NCBI GenBank assembly: GCA_045591315.1
Contig: JAZNSN010000026.1
Coordinates: 48,170 to 112,169 of the forward strand
Reading direction: 5' to 3'
Source: Bacteroidaceae bacterium
GTDB lineage: Bacteria; Bacteroidota; Bacteroidia; Bacteroidales; Bacteroidaceae
DNA length: 64,000 bases
The position numbers and the translations under genes were made by a program. Positions 44,381 through 53,114 of the stretch are shown one piece after another. The number at the start of each line of letters is the position of its first letter. Within the stretch, counting starts at the first letter, position 1. Under the pieces are notes generated by a model. The model searched no databases. It saw only the letters and a program-made list of their open reading frames with translations, and had not been told where the DNA came from.

Positions 44381-45385
44381 TTACAGCTTGCCTCCTATTG
44401 AAAGAAGCAACTCCTCAATGTCTTTTCTTATGCGCTTGTAAGGCGCAGACTCCTTGTAATTGGTGTTCTTGGTGAGCATCAATGCAACATCGCACTGTCC
44501 GTGCCGGTACGATGCAAGTTCGTTGTTGTACTGCTGACGGTGGTATGCAAGGCGTTTGATTTCCTCCTCGCGTTTGTTGCGAAGGTGACGGCATACGGGA
44601 ACAAGAATGCGTAGCACTACACTGTTCATGATATGGTGCCCCTGTATATATAAATATGTCTCTTCCGGTTTCACGCCCAATGCAACAAGCTCTTGTTCTA
44701 TTCTTTTCTGCTCCTCGATAAAGTTAGGGAATCTCTTCTCAAGTAGTGCGATGTTATGCTCTACACGTCGGCTCAGCTGCTGCAAAGAGTAAGCCGGGTT
44801 GCCTATGCTGAATGAACTTAGCCTGACAATTTCGCAGAACTTCAGCATACTCATGCTTCGTGTGTCCTGTTTGCGGTATAGCAGGATGTTCCATGCAAAT
44901 AGCGGATAGCATATCTGTGAATAGAGTTTCATGAAGCTGTTGAAATCCATAACTTCCTTGTCGTTTAGGGTACTCAATACACAAATCTGCTTGAGGCTGT
45001 CGGAGTAGCATCTGAAGTTGTCAATAGCGTATGCGTATGTATGCAGTATATATCTGTTGTTTATTATCTTCTGTGATGTGCTTGTCGCCCCTTGCAGAAG
45101 GTAGTCGTAGTCGCTGTCAACACATGCAATCATATTCTTTCCGTATGCGTTGCCCAGCATGTTCATCATGGCCTGCTTCTTACCTTTTGTAAGGTTCGTA
45201 CGTGCGGGGAGCATCACTTCGAAATGGTATTTGTCGCTTTCGAACTCATCGAATACAGAACGCCAGAACGAGATGTCATCATAGCTCTCGACGTATGCAA
45301 TGATGCGATGTCTTGCCTTCTTCGGCCGCAATGAGTTCGCAGCCTCTATGAATGCGGAATTGAGGTATTCGGTCAGCTTCTTCAT
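44381..45385 (-). CDS. DUF4435/Toprim-like protein (AriB-like candidate effector), 334 aa
   Basis: It has an N-terminal RIIAYVESYDDISFW segment (a VEGxDD-type acidic motif) and an ACVDSDYDYL segment (DxD), in the order expected for DUF4435/Toprim. It lies 15 nt downstream of the ABC-type ATPase gene. Confidence 0.55.
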   Translation of the reverse strand: MKKLTEYLNSAFIEAANSLRPKKARHRIIAYVESYDDISFWRSVFDEFESDKYHFEVMLPARTNLTKGKKQAMMNMLGNAYGKNMIACVDSDYDYLLQGATSTSQKIINNRYILHTYAYAIDNFRCYSDSLKQICVLSTLNDKEVMDFNSFMKLYSQICYPLFAWNILLYRKQDTRSMSMLKFCEIVRLSSFSIGNPAYSLQQLSRRVEHNIALLEKRFPNFIEEQKRIEQELVALGVKPEETYLYIQGHHIMNSVVLRILVPVCRHLRNKREEEIKRLAYHRQQYNNELASYRHGQCDVALMLTKNTNYKESAPYKRIRKDIEELLLSIGGKL

Positions 45386-45400
45386 GCCGTGCCTCCTGCT

Positions 45401-46240
45401 TTACTTTATGATATCGCCTATCTCAGTGACAGCATCCATCCAGCCGTCCATGACAATGGCTGGAGAGTGGGTGCATAGTATAATCTGTGTGTTGGGGTTG
45501 AGGGTTCGCACCAGAGTTATGAGTTTCTGCTGCCACTCTATGTGCAGCGAAATCTCCGGTTCGTCCATAAGCATTACCCCCGGCCGGTTCTCCTGCACAA
45601 GTGCTGTCAGAAGTATCACAAGTATCTGCTTCTCGCCCGATGACAGCATGTAGGGCTGTATGGTTTCCCCGTACTGGTTGAAAAGAATCTCGTTGCTCTC
45701 GCGTGCAATGCTCTTTGCGGTAGGTGCGAACAATTCGTCTATTAGGTCCTGGAACTGTTTCTTTGGTTTGCTCAGTTCTGTTGCAAGCCGTTGGTCATCG
45801 GGGCTGTTCGATGTCAGCAGCTTTATTATGCGGTTGCCGATGTTTACCTGGTAGTTCAGGTAGCGGCGCTGCAGGTTGTAGAGCTGCCAGTCGAGTTCGG
45901 TGCGTATGTCGGCTCCCGAAACCTTTTCGAGCATCTCGCTGCTCATTATCGGGCGGTCGATGCTGCTTATCACGTCGAAGCAGATGCTTGTTGCATCCTC
46001 CGGATAGAAGCTTATGTGTACACCGTCCTGCGGGTTGCTTGTAAGGCGTCCCTCCTTCATCACTTTAAGGTGACTTGCCGAACGGTTTATGATGGTGCTC
46101 TTGCCTACACCGTTGCTTCCGCTTAGAATATTTACATCGGGACGCAGTTCCCAATAGACGTGTCTCCTGTTGCTCCAAAGCGAGTCAATCTCAATGCTTC
46201 TGATGTATTGCGCCATCTTTTCCATATCCGTATAGTCCAA
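45401..46240 (-). CDS. Small ABC/SMC-type ATPase (AAA_21/AAA_15-like; AriA/OLD-class), 279 aa
   Basis: It has Walker A GSNGVGKST, signature LSSGEKQ, Walker B VMLMDEPE, D-loop SLH and H-loop CTHSP. Confidence 0.7.
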   Translation of the reverse strand: MDYTDMEKMAQYIRSIEIDSLWSNRRHVYWELRPDVNILSGSNGVGKSTIINRSASHLKVMKEGRLTSNPQDGVHISFYPEDATSICFDVISSIDRPIMSSEMLEKVSGADIRTELDWQLYNLQRRYLNYQVNIGNRIIKLLTSNSPDDQRLATELSKPKKQFQDLIDELFAPTAKSIARESNEILFNQYGETIQPYMLSSGEKQILVILLTALVQENRPGVMLMDEPEISLHIEWQQKLITLVRTLNPNTQIILCTHSPAIVMDGWMDAVTEIGDIIK

Positions 46241-46308
46241 TAGTTAAACCGTCTGATGCAAGGAGTCTCCCGGCATAATGAACCGGCTTTTGCAAGTGCC
46301 GGCCTACG

Positions 46309-46316
46309 CAAATATA
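46309..46316 (-). promoter_or_regulatory. -7 box (TATATTTG on the minus strand) for the ATPase/DUF4435 pair
   Basis: This is an exact TAnnTTTG match, 69 nt upstream of the ATG at 46240. Confidence 0.4.
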
Positions 46317-46449
46317 TGATAAAGTTTTATAAAAAGGAAACAGAGCACCGTTTTTGGTATAAATGATACCGTAAATGTCCATATTCAGGCTTTATGTTTA
46401 AAATAAGTGAAATTTGTCATTATTCCCTTTGTGTGATGCAAAATGTTCT

Positions 46450-46457
46450 TATCTTCG
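46450..46457 (+). promoter_or_regulatory. -7 box (TATCTTCG)
   Basis: It lies 23 nt upstream of the ATG at 46480 and inside the ORF-track extension that starts at 46414. Confidence 0.4.
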
Positions 46458-46479
46458 CAATGGTAACCGCGTGTCGGTC

Positions 46480-48144
46480 ATGCGGTATAAAGATAATATC
46501 ATGCTACGTATCTATTGCAGAAATAATGGAGAAACAAAGGAGTTCCCCAAAGGGGTGACTCTAAGGGAGATTTATGACGGTTTTGCACTGGAGATGCCTT
46601 ATGGCGTGCTGGCTGCAAGAGTGAACAATGTAACAGAAGGACTTGCCTTGCGCATCTACAGGCATAAGGATGTCGAGTTCATCGACATTACCTCGAATGA
46701 CGGAATGCGCATGTATGTGCGTTCTCTCACGTTCATATTCATGAAGGCCATGAACGAGATGTTCCCCGGCGAGACGGTACGTTTCGAGAATGCGATATCA
46801 AAAGGCTATTACTGCAGGATGAACCGTCCGGTTACAGAAGAGCAGGTCGATGCCGTGCGTAGCCGTATGAAGGAGATTATAGCGGGTGACATTCCCTTCA
46901 AGCGTGTGGAGTGCCATACTCAGGATGCGATAGATATTTTCGCAAGCATGGGGCGTGTTGACAAGGTACGTCTGCTTGAGACCTACGGCCGTCTATACAC
47001 TAGCTACTATGAACTTGACGGCTATGTCGATAGCTACTATAACGGCCTTGTCCCAAGTACAGGGTATATAGGACTTTTCGATATCGAAAAATTCGCTGAT
47101 GGTGTTCTGTTGCGAGTTCCGAATAAGGAACGTCCTACGGAACTTGAGGACAAGATTCCGCAAGAGAAGCTTCAGGAACTGTTTGAAGAGCGTCTGCAAT
47201 GGCATCAGAAGATGGGCGTCGAGACAATTGGCGATTTCAACAAGGGGGTTCATGCCGGGTATGGCGTTGACCTGGTAAATGTTTCCGAAGCATTGCAGGA
47301 ACGCCGTTTGTCGCAGATAGCCGATATGGTACATGAACGGGGTGCGCGTGTGGTGCTTATAGCTGGTCCTTCGTCATCGGGGAAGACAACGTTCAGCAAA
47401 CGTTTGAGCGTACAGCTTCTTGCATGCGGTCTAAAGCCTTATGCCATTTCGCTTGACGACTACTTCGTGAACCGGACAGAGACTCCGCGAAAACCCGACG
47501 GCGACTACGATTTCGAGTCCATACACTCGATAGATCTTCCCTATTTCAACGATTCCCTGACAAGGATTCTTGCAGGCGAAGAAGTCGAACTGCCATACTA
47601 TAACTTTGTCAAGGGCGAACGGGAATACAAGGGCAATACTCTGAAGCTTACGCCTCAGATGGTGCTTGTCATCGAAGGAACGCATGCCCTTAATCCGATG
47701 TTGACAGCGCAGGTCGATGACAAGGAGAAGTTTCGCATATATGTTTCGGCACTTACATCTATAAAGCTCGATTACCACAACTATATTTCGACATCGGACA
47801 GCCGGTTGCTGCGCCGTATGCTGCGCGATTCCAAGTACCGCGGTTATTCGGCTGTAGAGACAATAAGCCGTTGGCCCGATGTCCGAAAGGGAGAGGAGGA
47901 GTGGATTTTCCCGTATCAGGAGAACGCCGATGTCATGTTCAACTCATCGCTGTTCTATGAACTTGCAGTCTTCAAGTCACAGGCCGAACAGCTGTTGCGC
48001 ACGGTGCCGGAGAATATAAAGGAGTATTCCGAGGCACAGAGGCTTTTGCGCTTCCTCGATTATATTGTACCTTTGCAGGACGATGAGCTGCCTCCTACTT
48101 CGGTTGTGCGTGAATTCCTCGGTGGAAGCAGTTTTAAATATTGA
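46480..48144 (+). CDS. Uridine/nucleoside kinase-family P-loop protein with an N-terminal TGS/ThrRS-like domain
   Basis: It has the P-loop GPSSSGKTTFSKRL in the C-terminal half and a beta-grasp-like N-terminus (MLRIYCRNNGETKEFPKGVTLREI). The ATG at 46501 is an alternative start. Confidence 0.65.
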   Translation: MRYKDNIMLRIYCRNNGETKEFPKGVTLREIYDGFALEMPYGVLAARVNNVTEGLALRIYRHKDVEFIDITSNDGMRMYVRSLTFIFMKAMNEMFPGETVRFENAISKGYYCRMNRPVTEEQVDAVRSRMKEIIAGDIPFKRVECHTQDAIDIFASMGRVDKVRLLETYGRLYTSYYELDGYVDSYYNGLVPSTGYIGLFDIEKFADGVLLRVPNKERPTELEDKIPQEKLQELFEERLQWHQKMGVETIGDFNKGVHAGYGVDLVNVSEALQERRLSQIADMVHERGARVVLIAGPSSSGKTTFSKRLSVQLLACGLKPYAISLDDYFVNRTETPRKPDGDYDFESIHSIDLPYFNDSLTRILAGEEVELPYYNFVKGEREYKGNTLKLTPQMVLVIEGTHALNPMLTAQVDDKEKFRIYVSALTSIKLDYHNYISTSDSRLLRRMLRDSKYRGYSAVETISRWPDVRKGEEEWIFPYQENADVMFNSSLFYELAVFKSQAEQLLRTVPENIKEYSEAQRLLRFLDYIVPLQDDELPPTSVVREFLGGSSFKY

Positions 48145-48153
48145 TTGGCTTTA

Positions 48154-49581
48154 ATGGGAAAGCATACTACATATACACAGACACAGGAACAGACACTTGC
48201 GCAGACTCTCTCGCCTCAACAGCTGCTTGCAGTGCAGCTTCTGGAGCTTACGACGGTTGAGATAGAGGATCGTGTGCGAAGCGAGATTATGGATAATCCC
48301 GCTCTGGAGCCCGTGGAGCATGACGAAGAAGGCGATGTCGGAAAAAGCAGTGAAGAACTGTTAGAGGCTCTCTCTATGGACTGCGATGACGATTACAGCG
48401 GCAATGAGGATATTCAACCAGTTTCGGGAGGTGGCTATTGGAATGATATTCCTATAGGTGATACCCTCTCGTTTGGAGATACTCTGATGGAACAGTTGGG
48501 CGAGTGTTCTCTTACGCCGGTCGAAAGAGCTGTCGGGGAGTATATAATAGGCTCGCTTGACGAGGACGGTCTTCTTCGCAAGTCCTTGCAGGAGATAGAG
48601 GATGAACTTCTTGTATATAATGGAGTAGATGCCAATGAAGATATAATTATTTCTGTTCTATCAAAGATACAATCCTTTGAACCGGCTGGCATTGCCGCCC
48701 GTGATCTGCAGGAGTGCCTTCTTTTGCAGTTGGCACGTATGGATTCGGGCAAGGATGTCGCGCTTAGCAAGGAGATTGTTTCCAATCATTACGACGATTT
48801 TGCAGGAAAGCGTTGGGATCAGATAGCCGACAAGATAGGCATAGGCAAGGAAGAGTGCCGTGATGCGATAGCCGATATCATACGCCTTAACCCGCGTCCA
48901 GGCGCTTCGCTTTCCGAAAATGTTGGCTTCAGCCGCCAGCAGATAGTGCCCGACTTTCTGCTCGATGTGAGTGATGATATGGTGTCCGTTGCTTTGAACA
49001 ATGCCCATGTTCCATCGTTGAAGGTCAGTGACAGCTATATGCAGATGCTTGAAGAACATGTATCCGGCAACAGTGGCGAGCAGAAGGACGCTGCGCTTTT
49101 CCTTAAGCAAAAGATAGACTTGGCAAGAGGCTTTATAACAGCTGTGCAGCAACGTGAGCAGACGATGCTCTCTACGATGCGTGCCATAGCGTCGAAGCAG
49201 AAGGAGTTCTTCCTCAGTGGAGGCGATGAAGCCTTTCTTAAGCCGATGATACTTGAAGACATTGCAAAAATGACAGGCTACGACATATCAACTATATCAC
49301 GCGTAGGCAACAGCAAATATGTCCAGGTCCCTTGGGGCATTTATCAGCTTAAGTATTTTTTCAGTGACGGTGTAGTGAAGGATGACGGCTCGAAACAGTC
49401 GGTGTATGAGCTTTTCCGTATCCTGCGCGAACTTGTCGATAACGAGGACAAGGCTTCACCTTTGACCGACCTGTCATTGCAGGAAGAACTTGCGTCTATG
49501 GGGTACAGCATAGCACGGCGTACAGTTGCCAAATACCGTGAACAGCTTGGCATTCCTGTCGCAAGGTTGCGTAAGGAGTAA
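48154..49581 (+). CDS. rpoN: RNA polymerase sigma-54 factor
   Basis: It has an N-terminal Gln/Leu-rich region (QTLSPQQLLAVQLLEL), an acidic region II, and the C-terminal RpoN box IARRTVAKYRE. I prefer the ATG at 48154 over the TTG at 48145. Confidence 0.9.
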   Translation: MGKHTTYTQTQEQTLAQTLSPQQLLAVQLLELTTVEIEDRVRSEIMDNPALEPVEHDEEGDVGKSSEELLEALSMDCDDDYSGNEDIQPVSGGGYWNDIPIGDTLSFGDTLMEQLGECSLTPVERAVGEYIIGSLDEDGLLRKSLQEIEDELLVYNGVDANEDIIISVLSKIQSFEPAGIAARDLQECLLLQLARMDSGKDVALSKEIVSNHYDDFAGKRWDQIADKIGIGKEECRDAIADIIRLNPRPGASLSENVGFSRQQIVPDFLLDVSDDMVSVALNNAHVPSLKVSDSYMQMLEEHVSGNSGEQKDAALFLKQKIDLARGFITAVQQREQTMLSTMRAIASKQKEFFLSGGDEAFLKPMILEDIAKMTGYDISTISRVGNSKYVQVPWGIYQLKYFFSDGVVKDDGSKQSVYELFRILRELVDNEDKASPLTDLSLQEELASMGYSIARRTVAKYREQLGIPVARLRKE

Positions 49582-49598
49582 TTGAAATATAAAAAAAG

Positions 49599-50456
49599 AT
49601 GAAACGTTGTTTTACAATGATTCTATTTCTGGCTGCAGCTATGATGCGTCTGGCGGCTCAGGAAACATATCCTGCTCTTCTTGAATATGAGATGCAGAGC
49701 AAGGTGTTGGGGTGTGCAAAGAAGTACTGCATATACCTTCCGGCAGGTTATGGAGAGAAGGAAAAAGAGTTTCCGGTGCTGTATCTTCTGCATGGACTTA
49801 CCGACACTCACACTGCATGGCGCGACAAGGGAAATGTGGCAAATATTGCGACAGAGATATTTGCAGCAGGCAAGGCTGTTGAGATGGTTATTGTAATGCC
49901 CGATGCCGGAACTTCGTTTGACGGCTATTTCAATGCGTCCGGCTGGCAATATGAGGACTTTTTCTTTCAGGAATTCGTTCCGCATGTCGAAGAAAAGTAC
50001 CGTATAATAGGCGACAGACAGCACCGTGCCATTGCCGGTCTCTCTATGGGTGGAGGCGGCACAACCGGCTATGCCTTGCGTCATAGCGGCATGTTTTCCA
50101 GTGCGTATGCCATGAGTGCCCTTATGGGAATGGTTGAAAACAGCTGGATTAGCCATGACCCGAATAGCCGCAGAGTGGCATTCATGCGCAGTGTCATAGA
50201 CAATAACAATATAGAATTCGTGAAGAGTGCTACGGAGCAGCAGTGCAGGGATATTGCAACTGTGCGTTGGTTCATTGATGTCGGTGATGACGATTTTCTT
50301 TTCGACAACAATATGGATTTTATAAAGGAGATGCGCAAGAAACGTATTCCTTACCAGTTGCGTGTACGTGACGGCGGACATACATGGCAATATTGGCAGG
50401 AGGCTTTGAGAATGGCACTTCCGTTCGTTTCCGAGGGTTTCGGAACAACGCAGTGA
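49599..50456 (+). CDS. Secreted esterase-family alpha/beta hydrolase (putative esterase / CE1-like)
   Basis: It has a signal peptide, the motif PVLYLLHG, and the nucleophile elbow GLSMGG. Confidence 0.75.
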   Translation: MKRCFTMILFLAAAMMRLAAQETYPALLEYEMQSKVLGCAKKYCIYLPAGYGEKEKEFPVLYLLHGLTDTHTAWRDKGNVANIATEIFAAGKAVEMVIVMPDAGTSFDGYFNASGWQYEDFFFQEFVPHVEEKYRIIGDRQHRAIAGLSMGGGGTTGYALRHSGMFSSAYAMSALMGMVENSWISHDPNSRRVAFMRSVIDNNNIEFVKSATEQQCRDIATVRWFIDVGDDDFLFDNNMDFIKEMRKKRIPYQLRVRDGGHTWQYWQEALRMALPFVSEGFGTTQ

Positions 50457-50507
50457 ACTGCTCTTCTTAAAAATTATATATTCTTTGCCTTTTTGCAAAA
50501 ATAACAG

Positions 50508-50515
50508 TAAATTTG
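50508..50515 (+). promoter_or_regulatory. -7 box (TAAATTTG) with TTTG about 20 nt upstream, for fbp
   Basis: This is an exact TAnnTTTG match, and the ctttg at 50483-50487 has appropriate spacing. Confidence 0.45.
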
Positions 50516-50579
50516 CGGTAATAGGTCAAATTAGGGGTAGTGTGCCGTCATACGGTGTCTGCCTGTAAAGAATAGATAT

Positions 50580-52571
50580 ATGTCAAAACCGCAAGTAACA
50601 CTCGAAGAGGTTAAGGAAGATATTCGCTATCTTCGTCTGCTGGCACGTGATTTTCCTACAGTGCCGAGCGTGACAACCGAGATTATAAATCTTGAGGCGA
50701 TATTGCATTTGCCCAAGCCTACAGAGCACTTCCTGGCCGATCTTCATGGCGAGCATGAGGCGTTCCAGCATATTCTGCGTAACGCATCGGGCAACATCAA
50801 ACGAAAAGTAAACGAGCTTTTCGGGAATACGATAACGGAAGAGGAGAAGAAGGACCTCTGTACTCTTATCTACTATCCCGAAGAGAAACTCAAACTGGTA
50901 CGTCAGTCGCAGCAGAATCTCGAAGAGTACTATGTAAGTTCGCTGAACCGTCTTATAGTCGTATGCCGCAATGTGTCATCGAAATATACACGTTCCAAAG
51001 TGCGCAAGAGCCTTCCTGAGGAGTATGCCTATATCATCGAGGAACTTATGCACGAAGCCAATGATTTCCAGAACAAGCAGGCATACTTCAGCGTAATTAT
51101 ACAGACAATCATCGGGACAGGACGTGCTGGCCATTTCATAACAGCATTGTGCTATCTCATCCAGCGTCTGGTTATCGACCGTCTGCATATTCTGGGCGAC
51201 ATATTCGATCGTGGACCCGGTGCACATCATATAATGGATGCACTCTGCGAGTACCATCATCTTGATATAACATGGGGAAACCATGATGTGCTATGGATGG
51301 GTGCGGCAGCAGGCTGCCGCTGCTGTATCGCAAGCGTGCTGCGTCTCTCGCTCCGCGATGCCAATATGACAACCTTAGAAGACGGCTATGCAATAAATAT
51401 GGTTCCTCTTGCAACATTTGCCATGGAGCAGTATGCCGATGACCCATGCGAGATTTACCAGCCTCGCGTCGATGAGGAACGCACGAATTTCAACGAGAAA
51501 GATGTGCGCCTGATAGCACAGATGCACAAGGCAATATCCGTCATCGAGTTCAAATTGTCGGGACAGATAGCAATGGATCATCCCGAATGGGGAATGAAGG
51601 ACCGTTGTCTCATGGAGTTCATAGACAAGAAGCGTGGCATTATAACCATAGAGGGCAAGGAGTATGAGATGAAGGACAAGCTATGGCCTACGCTCGACCC
51701 GAACAACCCTTATGCCCTTACTCCTGAAGAACAGGATGTCATAGACCGTCTGCGTCACTCATTCATGCGCAGCGAGCGTTTGCAGAATCATGTCAACTGC
51801 TTGCTTATGCGTGGCGGAATGTATGTCATATACAACTCGAACCTGATGTTCCACGCCGCAGTACCCATTAACGAAGACGGCTCAATGCGCGAGGTCGTGT
51901 TCGACGGTGTGCCGGTTAAAGGAAAGGAATTGCTCAAGAAGGTTGAGCGCATGGCACGTACTGCATTCGACAATGATGTCGCTCCGGAGGTGCGCAACAG
52001 ATATGCCGATTTCTTCTGGTACCTGTGGTGCGGTCCGGAATCACCCCTTTTCGGAAAGGCGAGAATGGCCACGTTCGAGCGTTACCTTCTCGATGACAAG
52101 GAGGTACAGAAGGAGCCAAAGGGGTGGTACTATATCCTGCGCGACAATCCCGACGTGTGCGACCGCATACTCGATGAGTTCGGTGTCAAGGGCAATCACC
52201 GCCATATAATCAACGGGCACGTTCCCGTGCGTGTGTTCAAGGGAGAGACCCCGATAAAGGCCGGTGGCCGTCTTATGGTAATCGACGGAGGTTTCTCCAA
52301 GATATACCATAACAGGACCGGTATAGCCGGATACACACTTGTATATCATAGCCGAGGTTTTGAACTCGTGCAGCTTACACCGTTTACCTCAACCGAGGAG
52401 GCGGTCCTGAACGGTACGGACATTCACGGTACTATAAATATCGTCGAAATGGTAGGGGAGCGTGAGAAGGTACGTGATACCGATATAGGCCGTGGCATAA
52501 TGGTCAAGATTGCCGACCTTGAACGTCTTCTTTATGCCTACCGCAAAGGCGTGATAAAGGAGAGACCTTGA
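50580..52571 (+). CDS. fbp: Fructose-1,6-bisphosphatase class 3
   Basis: The N-terminus reads RYLRLLARDFPT....TEIINLEAILHLPKPTEHFLADLHGEHE, and the metallophosphoesterase motifs GDIFDRGP and GNHD are present. Length is 663 aa. Confidence 0.9.
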   Translation: MSKPQVTLEEVKEDIRYLRLLARDFPTVPSVTTEIINLEAILHLPKPTEHFLADLHGEHEAFQHILRNASGNIKRKVNELFGNTITEEEKKDLCTLIYYPEEKLKLVRQSQQNLEEYYVSSLNRLIVVCRNVSSKYTRSKVRKSLPEEYAYIIEELMHEANDFQNKQAYFSVIIQTIIGTGRAGHFITALCYLIQRLVIDRLHILGDIFDRGPGAHHIMDALCEYHHLDITWGNHDVLWMGAAAGCRCCIASVLRLSLRDANMTTLEDGYAINMVPLATFAMEQYADDPCEIYQPRVDEERTNFNEKDVRLIAQMHKAISVIEFKLSGQIAMDHPEWGMKDRCLMEFIDKKRGIITIEGKEYEMKDKLWPTLDPNNPYALTPEEQDVIDRLRHSFMRSERLQNHVNCLLMRGGMYVIYNSNLMFHAAVPINEDGSMREVVFDGVPVKGKELLKKVERMARTAFDNDVAPEVRNRYADFFWYLWCGPESPLFGKARMATFERYLLDDKEVQKEPKGWYYILRDNPDVCDRILDEFGVKGNHRHIINGHVPVRVFKGETPIKAGGRLMVIDGGFSKIYHNRTGIAGYTLVYHSRGFELVQLTPFTSTEEAVLNGTDIHGTINIVEMVGEREKVRDTDIGRGIMVKIADLERLLYAYRKGVIKERP

Positions 52572-52607
52572 TATTCCCGAATATTAACATCTTAGAAAAT
52601 CAGAACA

Positions 52608-53114
52608 ATGAAAGCAATAGTAAGCGTTATAATGGGAAGCACATCCGACCTTCCCGTGATGAAGAAAGCAACGGATTTCCTTAACGAGATGAAGGTGCCG
52701 TTCGAGGTAAATGCTCTGTCGGCTCATCGTACTCCGGAGGCGGTAGAAGCCTTTTCAAAGGGAGCAAAGGAACGGGGCGTAAAAATCATTATAGCAGCAG
52801 CCGGCATGGCGGCTCATCTTCCGGGCGTAATTGCTGCAAGCACCACGTTGCCGGTAATAGGTGTACCTATCAACAGCACCCTTGACGGTATGGATGCTCT
52901 ATTGGCGATTGTACAGATGCCTCCGGGCATTCCGGTTGCTACAGTGGGTGTGAACGCATCGCTCAATGCGGCAATACTTGCTGTGGAGATGCTTTCGCTC
53001 GCCGATGCAGAGCTGGCAGAGCGTTTGGCCGCATACAAGGAGAATCTCAAGAAGAAGATAGAGAAGGCCAACGAGGACCTTAAAGAACTGCAGTATGAGT
53101 ACAAGACAAACTGA
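52608..53114 (+). CDS. purE: 5-(carboxyamino)imidazole ribonucleotide mutase
   Basis: The motifs [21 protein letters not shown] and [10 protein letters not shown] are present. Length is 168 aa. Confidence 0.95.
   Translation: MKAIVSVIMGSTSDLPVMKKATDFLNEMKVPFEVNALSAHRTPEAVEAFSKGAKERGVKIIIAAAGMAAHLPGVIAASTTLPVIGVPINSTLDGMDALLAIVQMPPGIPVATVGVNASLNAAILAVEMLSLADAELAERLAAYKENLKKKIEKANEDLKELQYEYKTN

Noticed and set aside
49623-50498. A 291-aa ORF lies fully antisense to the esterase gene.
   Set aside because: The plus-strand product has a signal peptide and a GLSMGG nucleophile elbow. The antisense product looks like low-complexity junk (many C, H, K) and has no promoter box, so it is a shadow ORF despite its length.
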